DNA from: a virus
Taxonomy: Duplodnaviria; Caudoviricetes
IMG/VR virus record: IMGVR_UViG_3300037797_000107
Coordinates: 1 to 49,662 of that record
DNA: 49,662 bases
Direction: 5' to 3' (one strand)
Position numbers and translations under genes: made by a program. Positions 43,301 through 49,662 of the stretch are shown in pieces; position 1 is the first letter of the stretch, and each line of letters starts with the position of its first letter. The notes beneath the pieces were generated by a model. It saw only the letters and a program-made list of their open reading frames with translations. It was not told the origin of the DNA and ran no database searches.

Positions 43301-43765
43301 GTGGGAGAACGGCGCCTGCGAGTTCGTGCCAGTATGGAACTCCGAATAGAAGGCGTTGTAGAACTGGGTTCTCAGCTGCCCGGAGCGGGCGTCCCACACC
43401 TTCGTATCGTTGAAGAACATCTCCTCGTATGCGTCGATCGGACCTTCGGAGAGTCCGTAGACCACGAACAGCTTGTTGCGGGGAGGGTTGAAGTCATTTG
43501 CGGCCTTCCCCTCCGTGGACATCCACAGCACGTTCCCGCCGACCCGCTGCCGTCCGTAGATCACCGGGATCGGACGCTCCGTGGTCCGGGTATTCATCCG
43601 CAGGCCCATCATCGCGGACTTCATCCGCGCCATCGCTTCCTTCTTTAAGGCCTGCTGCGTGATGACCCCGCCGCCCATCATGAGCGGAAGCCCGATGTAC
43701 GGGAAGCCGGCGATGCTTAAAACCGCCCCTGCGAGGGACAGGAGTGCCCCGCCTTCCTTACCCAA
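40304..43765 (-). CDS. Central tail fibre / tip attachment protein (lambda J-like)
   Basis: PIPVIYGRQRVGG, LSEGPI, LLTNKQYGMG, EAGDVVDVTHP, AIEHDPSAY. Confidence 0.88.
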   Translation of the reverse strand: MGKEGGALLSLAGAVLSIAGFPYIGLPLMMGGGVITQQALKKEAMARMKSAMMGLRMNTRTTERPIPVIYGRQRVGGNVLWMSTEGKAANDFNPPRNKLFVVYGLSEGPIDAYEEMFFNDTKVWDARSGQLRTQFYNAFYSEFHTGTNSQAPFSHVTTVHNLYDIASETFPLTAVAMVEFFYNPDIYQSVPNVTWTIRGKQVPDWTDADSPGIVKWTQSGPLQVADLLTNKQYGMGIASANLNVSDLTSAHLYATGAISPGSRSTVEIVDMSAQRPKYYSRAVQVPANASPGFGEDGAWTITSLHQFALDKVPIKPGSLSFVSNLGSAYYDSPRSGMISEFGRILGAGAAQVGSVNYLTGALAVNRPPIYSTEYADQYQEVFSWNAKWYADWEFSYRTKYQSVARSMSVVSTPETLVETGTVTDGVVTLYSTQGGAGTFNYGTGELNVSFGAHEWYDNQPVEVWYRVNTRARFSTNYPLFEPEKVMDAIKNIQNHYRGFLVYANGKYGIRADKAEGSVYSFDDDNIVAGSFRMHQPSIKEIPTRVTLKYLDALNNFTPAEASFDVRSVDPGMEIEHVLDMPGVNARDEAMATSYSYANLANLVNFIEFETNHNAIGVEAGDVVDVTHPAAAWSQKLFRVLGISFAKDDKLAISAIEHDPSAYVDDWIQGPMISRNPSFFPKRSYWPPNVSSATLWEYSRTLSDGTVTPVIKYQIHAVDSAYLAVDHWNVYYSNAARGQQMRLGFSGVNTVGYLSPVEPGWNNIAIHAVSDFGNESAKAWIGSLQVFGTPEHEWQNWRKRLVNANVTITDSGDRNIISSWMEGVSLGTAKYIAVQDLYFSVGTCFRVNQILGNKVTKTLVISAGLANNAIPYLMPSSGGNLFVFFSDEGMNIRAGAILTPELTYIVSLTNIASENLRYATPWCGPTGKMAVFGLNATTSQFVWMPLSSNLAPGAVNSFCAVSSLRQAPVALNFDYHMSPFSTGSVGGLIVSGIHNTSSGSRLKQYVFTFSAGGPNGAWYLQGSMFSETNTYHVSSTAYYLTSVRAAGDSDGRVLIAYSTDPSTGNSLVNPVFGVSFVGSMLAPQRFFSDATDVSTGEYSPGFYGGRPSVFGETMTYFLPKNHSYIASSVTLEMDQYRWYRVSSIAGASEFMDWI

Positions 43766-44036
43766 GGCGCACCCCGGCCAGGAACTGCCCGTCCCGCAGG
43801 AAATCCCTGAACCGCAGCAGGGCGATCCTTCCCTTCATGTGCGTGTATCCCCTCTCCTTGCCCGCGTGGATCACAATGGCGACCCCGTGCTGGACGGACG
43901 AGAACAGGAGAACATCCCCCTCCCGCGTCTCGTTCAGATCGCGCAGGCGTTTCTTGTATCCCCGGCCCTGCAGGTACGAAACGATCATTCCGAAGCAGTC
44001 CGGACCGGCCTTGGCCGCCTCGAGGACCTCCCGCAT
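43758..44036 (-). CDS. Short NlpC/P60-like tail assembly protein
   Basis: GPDCFGMI...GDVLLF...HGVAI; lies between the hub and J-like genes. Confidence 0.7.
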   Translation of the reverse strand: MREVLEAAKAGPDCFGMIVSYLQGRGYKKRLRDLNETREGDVLLFSSVQHGVAIVIHAGKERGYTHMKGRIALLRFRDFLRDGQFLAGVRLG

Positions 44037-44722
44037 CAGGCCCCCTTCGGGGGATTCTTGCCCCACCATATCTCCTTGTCCTGCAGCATCGGCAGCCAGC
44101 GGAACCCCCGGAACCGGTTGACGTTCGACAACTCCTGGCAGCGCTCCCAGGTCTTGTTGCATAACGAGGCCGCTCCCGTGTACTGGCATCCCGGCGTACC
44201 GGACTTGAACTTCCACTGGCAGGTGCCGGCGAACGTGCTCCGCGGAACCGGCATATCCCATTTCACGAACTCGTTCTTGATCCCCAGGGAGACGTCGGCG
44301 GAATCGTACCCCTCCTCGATGCTGATCCCGTCGAATTGCCCCTTGAAGACCACGGAAGGGTTGGCGAACGACCCCGGCGCCATCCATTCGGAAACGTAGA
44401 TCGCGGCTTCCTTCCCCTGGATCCGCTCCCCCAGGACGATCGCAGCGATCGCACGGTCGACGTTCTGCGTCTTCGTCGTCAGCGTCTCGGCGAAATTCAG
44501 CGACGATTTCTCGAACCCGGAGATGGCGATCGGCACGGGGTTGTAGATGTTCCCGCTCCACACGACGGTCAAATCCGTATCCGTGTACCGGAGCGTATCC
44601 GTGAAGAAGAATTCGAAGAGGTAGAAGGGCATCTTATAGGTCCCCGAGGACGGCGTCAGTATCCGGCGCGGAAGCAGATACTCCGGCGTGACGCCGAACC
44701 CCCCGGAAAACAGGTCGGGCAT
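44036..44722 (-). CDS. Tail hub protein (lambda gpL/DUF2163-like, Fe-S cysteines)
   Basis: CQWKF...C...CNKTWERC...NRFRGF. Confidence 0.82.
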   Translation of the reverse strand: MPDLFSGGFGVTPEYLLPRRILTPSSGTYKMPFYLFEFFFTDTLRYTDTDLTVVWSGNIYNPVPIAISGFEKSSLNFAETLTTKTQNVDRAIAAIVLGERIQGKEAAIYVSEWMAPGSFANPSVVFKGQFDGISIEEGYDSADVSLGIKNEFVKWDMPVPRSTFAGTCQWKFKSGTPGCQYTGAASLCNKTWERCQELSNVNRFRGFRWLPMLQDKEIWWGKNPPKGA

Positions 44723-44734
44723 TCATTCCTCCTC

Positions 44735-45013
44735 CTACCTGACGGCCACGTAGGACTGCGTGCTGTACGCGGCCTTTTTCATCACCAGATCGAACTCCGA
44801 CAGGATGGGGTAGTCGGAATCGTCGACATAGAACTGCCACCGTCCGTTCGCATCCGCCGTGATCTGCGCGGAGGTCACCGCGGAGCCGCCCGAATACGCC
44901 GTGTAGACCGTCGCGATCGTCGCCGTGCGGACGTTCCACACCTCGACCGTCCCGCCGCCGATGACGTTCCCGAACTCGTCCCGGTGGATCCCCTGGAAGG
45001 CGTATCGCGTCAT
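44735..45013 (-). CDS. Small beta-sandwich tail protein (92 aa)
   Basis: DEFGNVIGGGTVEV...TADANGRWQFYV; ATGA overlap. Confidence 0.7.
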   Translation of the reverse strand: MTRYAFQGIHRDEFGNVIGGGTVEVWNVRTATIATVYTAYSGGSAVTSAQITADANGRWQFYVDDSDYPILSEFDLVMKKAAYSTQSYVAVR

Positions 45014-45609
45014 GTCTCGGGCATGTCCTCTTTCGGTTCCCGCAGCGTCAGCGTGATATCGTCCTTCGACCATCCCGGGGGGATCAGGGACGATTGGAAC
45101 GGGGAGAGCTGCCGCACCAGCGGCGTATAGAACCCGTTCAGATAGGAGCAGTGGATCGCCTCCCCGGCGGCTGGCGTCGGGTTCGAGATCACGAAGACGT
45201 GCTGGCTGTTCGCGCTCCCGTAGGAGGTGACGCTGTATTGCGACCCGGCCGCGTAGATCGCGGAATTGACGTAGAGGGTGTACGACTCCGCGGCCCAGAC
45301 CGGCAGGACCCAGTTCGTGCGCGACCCGGTCCCCGTGCCGATGTAGATGTCGTCGCGCGTGGTCGGGCGCGGTTCCTTCCAGAAGAACGAATCCGCGCCG
45401 CCCTTGGACTTTCTTAATATGGAGAGGACCGGCTCCCGCTCCGTGGTGCGGTCCGCGAGCCGCCACGTCAGGTCCCAGTCCCTGCGCGGGAAATTCCAGC
45501 GGGTGGTCCGCAATTCCTTGCCGGATTCCGCCTCTGCGACCATCACCCGCCAGAACTCGATCTCCCGCAGCGGGTAGGACGGCGTGATGTCGAGAAACAG
45601 CTTCGGCAT
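45010..45609 (-). CDS. Distal tail protein (DUF2460-like)
   Basis: ESGKELRTTRWNFPRRDW, KGGADSFFW; follows the tape measure gene. Confidence 0.75.
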   Translation of the reverse strand: MPKLFLDITPSYPLREIEFWRVMVAEAESGKELRTTRWNFPRRDWDLTWRLADRTTEREPVLSILRKSKGGADSFFWKEPRPTTRDDIYIGTGTGSRTNWVLPVWAAESYTLYVNSAIYAAGSQYSVTSYGSANSQHVFVISNPTPAAGEAIHCSYLNGFYTPLVRQLSPFQSSLIPPGWSKDDITLTLREPKEDMPET

Positions 45610-48090
45610 CTATATGCTCCTGCGGATGCTGTCACGAAGCGGAGAGGCGTTGCGCATCCCGTCGGCCATCATACCGACGATCAGGGAGCGCCGGTCCATG
45701 AGCAGGCGGTCCATGTCCCTGGTATCCGCCGCGACGATGGTGAAATTGAAGTTGTTCTCCTTCGAGGACCCGCCGAGCAGCTCCACGGGGACCTTCCCCC
45801 CCTTGAGCGGGATCACGGCTTCCGACCCGCCGCCCTCCCCGATGATTCCGAGCGTCGGGCGGTCCGCGATGCCGCCGGAGGCGAACGCCCGGATCGGCAT
45901 GAAGGAGCCGGGCAGGACTCCGCCGTCCTTGTAGCCGTAGAACATGGAGAGCCCTTCCGTCATGCCGCCGACCTCCGAAAGAGCGGCGGCCGATCCGCCG
46001 CCGCCGCCGAAGAGGCCCGCCAGGGAGCCAAGCCCTCCCTTGGCCGTGTCGCCGAAGGAGAGCTTCAGCTGCTCCGTGATCATGTCGGCGATCAGGTTCG
46101 CCCACGCCCGCCGCACGACGTCGGTGAACGCCTCCATGTAGTCGCCCAGGGAGTCGAGCTTCCCCTTGAAGGCGTCGAAGAACACGTCCGAGATCTCCCC
46201 GCCGAGGCCGCTGAACAGTTCGTTCCAGGCGTCGGCGACGTGCTGCGTCGTGACGTCGGTCTCCTCGCGGACCTTGGCCAGCGCGGCGCCGTAGGCGTTC
46301 TGGTACGCCCTGAACGCCTCGTCGTACTGCTCCTTGCTCATGAACGGGCCTTCGCCGCGTTCGCTCGCGTCGAATTCCTTATTGAGCCGGCGGATGTTCT
46401 CCGCGAACCGGGTGGTCTCCGCGGACATCCGCTGCATCAGCTCGACCTCGTTTTCGTTCCACGGCCACTTGACAGGCGTCTCCGCCTCGTCCCGGAGCGC
46501 CTTCAGGCGGATCTCCAGCTCCTCCTGCCGCTCTATGCCCTTCAGCTCCATCTCCGCGCTGCGGCCGATGCTTTTCAGACGCTCCTCAAGGGCGTCCCTT
46601 TCCTCCTTCGCCATCTTCTTCCGCAACGCGGAAATCGCCGCGTCCCGCTTCTTCTCCAGGTCGATCACGTTGTCGAACCGCTCGCCCTCGCTCATCAGTT
46701 CCGTCAGCATGTTCCGCATGGAAGCCGGAATCGCCTTCCAGTTCTTGTCGTCGGCGATGGAGCGCAGGCGCTCCGACCATTTCTGGTGATTGGACGCGAA
46801 GATGCGGTCGATCTCGTCCCCGCCGGTCTCGGAGAGGTTCTTTACCTCCAGTTGGTACTTGGAGATGAGCTCCTTCACCCGGTCGGTGAATTTCTCCAGC
46901 GACTTGACGGCGGCGTCGTCCCCGCCCCGCCCGCCGGGGGCGAGTTTCATGTCTTCGGGCTTTATGTCCGATCCGTAGAAGCTCTCCAGGGCGCCGGAGA
47001 TGTCGCCAATACTGGGGCCGCGCCGTCCCCCGCCGGAGAAGATGCCGAACGGATCGACGCCGGTCTCGTCGTACGCCTGGAGTTCCTTGGATTTCTTTAT
47101 CAACGAAACCATCTCACGGATGAGGGGTAGAACCGTGATCCGCAGGGTCTCCCCGATGCCGCCGACGATCGTCTTCACGAGATCCCAGGACCCGGCCACC
47201 AGGTCCACCAGCGTCTTGGCGTCTTCCGTGAGGCCGTTTTCGTCCATCAGGGAATCGTTGATACGCTTTACAAGCCCCGCGATATCCTCGTACGCCTGGG
47301 CCGTCCCCGCCCGCAGGATCTTGAACGTGATCGTCTCCAGCGAGGATTTCTGCGCCTGAAGGGTCTTCTCGATCTCCTTGCTCCCCTGCGCGTACCCTGG
47401 CAGGATCTCCATGATCTTCTCGAGGAGCACGCCCTGCTCCCGCCACTCCGGGACCATCGCCTTCACGTTGACACCGGCGGCGGCGAGCTTCTTGACGAGA
47501 AGCGCCCCCTGAACGTCCACCCCCTCCATCAGCGACCGGACCTCCTGGAACGCCTGCCGCTGGAAGTCCTGCCCCCGCGTCATCAACTTGATCATGTTGG
47601 CGAACGCGACGAACTGATCCTGCTGCTTCTTCGTGGAGAGGTCGATTCCCATGCCGAACGTGACCATGGAGTCGGACAGCGTGAGAAGTTCTTCGCCCGT
47701 GCCGACGAACGCCCGGTCGAGTTCGTAGATCTTTTCCACGATCCGTCCGGTCGTCTCGTATACCTGTTCCCACGGTTTGGAGGGATCGTTCGACACCGCG
47801 GCCGCGGCCATCGACGCCTGCGCGACCTTCAGGTCGTCGATGGACTTGATGCCCTTCTGGATCGCAACGAAAAGGGAACCCAGGGAGACGGTCGCGGCGG
47901 CGATGCCGGCCACCATGAGGGCGGAGGACGCACCGATCCCGGAGATCCCCTGCTCCACGTCCCCGAGGGCCTGCCCGGCGGGACCGGCGGATCCCTCCAT
48001 CTCCCGGATCTTCCGGTTGACGCCGGCCAGCGCTGCGCTCGCCTCGTCCCGCGCCTTGATCAGGATCTCTATTTCGTTGCGACCGGCCAT
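45610..48090 (-). CDS. Tape measure protein
   Basis: 826 aa, helical; IEILIKARDEAS start; FASGGI...GEGGGSEAVIPL. Confidence 0.92.
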   Translation of the reverse strand: MAGRNEIEILIKARDEASAALAGVNRKIREMEGSAGPAGQALGDVEQGISGIGASSALMVAGIAAATVSLGSLFVAIQKGIKSIDDLKVAQASMAAAAVSNDPSKPWEQVYETTGRIVEKIYELDRAFVGTGEELLTLSDSMVTFGMGIDLSTKKQQDQFVAFANMIKLMTRGQDFQRQAFQEVRSLMEGVDVQGALLVKKLAAAGVNVKAMVPEWREQGVLLEKIMEILPGYAQGSKEIEKTLQAQKSSLETITFKILRAGTAQAYEDIAGLVKRINDSLMDENGLTEDAKTLVDLVAGSWDLVKTIVGGIGETLRITVLPLIREMVSLIKKSKELQAYDETGVDPFGIFSGGGRRGPSIGDISGALESFYGSDIKPEDMKLAPGGRGGDDAAVKSLEKFTDRVKELISKYQLEVKNLSETGGDEIDRIFASNHQKWSERLRSIADDKNWKAIPASMRNMLTELMSEGERFDNVIDLEKKRDAAISALRKKMAKEERDALEERLKSIGRSAEMELKGIERQEELEIRLKALRDEAETPVKWPWNENEVELMQRMSAETTRFAENIRRLNKEFDASERGEGPFMSKEQYDEAFRAYQNAYGAALAKVREETDVTTQHVADAWNELFSGLGGEISDVFFDAFKGKLDSLGDYMEAFTDVVRRAWANLIADMITEQLKLSFGDTAKGGLGSLAGLFGGGGGSAAALSEVGGMTEGLSMFYGYKDGGVLPGSFMPIRAFASGGIADRPTLGIIGEGGGSEAVIPLKGGKVPVELLGGSSKENNFNFTIVAADTRDMDRLLMDRRSLIVGMMADGMRNASPLRDSIRRSI

Positions 48091-48257
48091 CAGCGCTCCC
48101 TTTTCTCCTGCTCCTGCGCGTCGAACGCGACTTCGAGGTCAAAAAGCAGGTTGCGGTACGGACCCCCCATCAGGTCCGACGGACGGACGTGGTACCGCTG
48201 CGCCAGCCCGTCTAGGAGGCGGGCGACTCGGCAGGGGAGACCGTGTCGGCCAAAGGG
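48090..48257 (-). CDS. Tail assembly chaperone frameshift extension (gpT-like)
   Basis: In-frame slippery heptamer C CCT TTG (48257-48251). The -1 frame reads LAQRYHVRPSDL...FDLEVA and stops at the tape measure start. Confidence 0.75.
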   Translation of the reverse strand, partial: PFGRHGLPCRVARLLDGLAQRYHVRPSDLMGGPYRNLLFDLEVAFDAQEQEKRER

Positions 48258-48583
48258 ACCGCGTCGTCGACCACCTCCCGCTTCGGCATGAGGCCGATCA
48301 CCGCGTCGACGATGGCGTTCACGTCGTCCAGGGAGAAATCATCCGGCTCGACCAGCCCGCGGCCGATCGGATCCTTCTCCTCCGCGAGCCGTACCAGGCA
48401 GGTATCGACGTACCGCCTCGCGATGGCGACCCCGCGCGCGTCGGTGGCCTCCTCGATCTTCGGCAGCGGACCGAGTGCGGCGAGACGGAATCCCGACGGC
48501 AGGCGAAGTTCCGCCTCGATCCCCGACGGCAGCGTGACCGTCGTCCTGCGTTCCTTCTTCCAGTCCGAAAAGCTCTTGCTCAT
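48212..48583 (-). CDS. Tail assembly chaperone (gpG-like)
   Basis: AGGAGGAG RBS; TVTLPSG; lies between the tube and tape measure genes. Confidence 0.8.
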   Translation of the reverse strand: MSKSFSDWKKERRTTVTLPSGIEAELRLPSGFRLAALGPLPKIEEATDARGVAIARRYVDTCLVRLAEEKDPIGRGLVEPDDFSLDDVNAIVDAVIGLMPKREVVDDAVPLADTVSPAESPAS

Positions 48584-48602
48584 CGTCTCCTCCTGTTTGA
48601 AT

Positions 48603-48737
48603 TGGTGGGTTGGCGCCGACTCGAACGGCAGCCCCAAGTTATTACGCCCGCAAGGTCTTCAAGATGAGCGACCCGAAGCCAGGAAGGCCGGAGAAGGGGT
48701 CAACCTCCCCAGGTGTCCCGCCACCATCGACCAACCC
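48603..48737 (-). ncRNA. tRNA-like structured RNA (135 nt)
   Basis: Acceptor stem GGGTTGG/CCAACCC plus ACCA; T arm TGCCG-TTCGAGT-CGGCG; oversized central region. Confidence 0.6.
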
Positions 48738-48743
48738 GGTTGT

Positions 48744-49662
48744 TTAATCGTTGTAATCCGCGAACGTGTTGCAGAGGGTGAACGTGCAGACGGTCGCGCT
48801 TCCCGAGTGGTACTCCGCCATCCCGTCGATCGTCACGGTGACGATCCCCGGACCCGCCACGCCGGTCGGATGCTTCGTGAGCTTCAGGCGCGGCACCTGC
48901 AGGCGCAGGTACTCGTTGTATCCGGACGAGATGGAGGCCGCCCCCTTGATGTAGACATCGACCGCCAGCGCGGTCTCGTTCTTGACGTTCAGCCAGTCGG
49001 CCTGCGCGATGTCCGCCGTGCCGGAGAACCGGGCGAACGACCGGAAGCCGTCCCGGAAGTGATAGGCCGGCGCGGTGGAATTGTTGATCCGGTCCTGCCC
49101 CGCGATCCGGTTGTCGAAGATGAACCGGAAGTCCCGGTACCGGGTCACCGCCGCCCCGCCGATCTGCAAGGAAGCCTGCGACCACTTGAACGGGGTGATC
49201 CCGGCATCCCAAGCCGGGGGGGCCGCCTTCGTGATCAGCGTGCACTCCTTGCCGATGACTCCCCACGTCCCGCGCACGTACGCGCCGGCCGCAACGGAGA
49301 GCTCGAACGTGTTGATGTAGGAGTCCTGGTAGAGGAACGCCGAGTTGACCGAGGCGTCCCCCTGGTGGACCTGGAAGGCGTACGGAGGAAGGGACTCGAC
49401 CCCGGAGAAATCCCCGGAGACGGGGTTGAACGTGTGGACGAACGCATCTCCCGCCGCCGCCGGGGAGGCCTGCCCGCACAACCCGCGCAGGAAATGCCCC
49501 AGGATGATCGGGTGGACGTTCGCCACGATGGGGCCCGCCGCCCGGGTGTAGCCCAGGACCCGGTTCGGCGTGTCCGGATTCCCGGTGATGGAGTCGTCGA
49601 GCAGCTCCTCCGGGTTCCAGTCCAGCCCGTGATTGGCGAACGGGACGTTGTACCACGAAGAC
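48744..49662 (-). CDS. Major tail tube protein, 3' part (starts at 195 across the origin)
   Basis: FVHTFNP, INTFELSVAAG, PFKWSQASLQIGG, LRLQVPRLKL. Confidence 0.85.
   Translation of the reverse strand, partial: SSWYNVPFANHGLDWNPEELLDDSITGNPDTPNRVLGYTRAAGPIVANVHPIILGHFLRGLCGQASPAAAGDAFVHTFNPVSGDFSGVESLPPYAFQVHQGDASVNSAFLYQDSYINTFELSVAAGAYVRGTWGVIGKECTLITKAAPPAWDAGITPFKWSQASLQIGGAAVTRYRDFRFIFDNRIAGQDRINNSTAPAYHFRDGFRSFARFSGTADIAQADWLNVKNETALAVDVYIKGAASISSGYNEYLRLQVPRLKLTKHPTGVAGPGIVTVTIDGMAEYHSGSATVCTFTLCNTFADYND

Noticed and set aside
33572-43765. Diversity-generating retroelement or invertible tail-fibre cassette
   Set aside because: I saw no reverse transcriptase, invertase or template/variable repeat pair.
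48603-48737. Canonical tRNA or tmRNA
   Set aside because: There is no standard anticodon arm, tag ORF or G3-U70 pair. It is kept only as tRNA-like.
49536-49662. 127-bp terminal repeat as a biological DTR
   Set aside because: The length equals a common assembler k-mer and the repeat falls mid-gene, so it indicates circular assembly only.

Overview
A complete, circularly assembled temperate tailed phage of about 49,535 bp (bases 1-127 are identical to 49536-49662). The minus strand carries terminase, a Mu-like head module (portal, gpF, protease, capsid), a lambda-like long-tail module, lysis genes and an HD-GYP gene. The centre holds a cI/cro-type switch, replication and DNA-methylation genes, then a plus-strand early operon (Sak4-like ATPase, SSB, integrase) ending at a probable attP. 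Four things stand out. (1) A stand-alone Cas7/RAMP-like gene (22348-22974) is flanked on both sides by about 50 in-phase GGH-NN pentamers, resembling a VIPR-type non-contiguous RNA guide system; the variable dinucleotides of the second array decode, as codon positions 1-2, to an excisionase-like peptide. (2) A minimal promoter+HNH cassette sits antisense inside a DNA methyltransferase whose reading frame stays open. (3) An A10 run would fuse portal to gpF by a -1 shift. (4) A glycosyltransferase, radical SAM and FkbM cluster lies among the head genes. A 135-nt tRNA-like RNA and a nested alternative-frame C5-MTase subunit are also present. All calls come from reading motifs by eye; no database searches were run.
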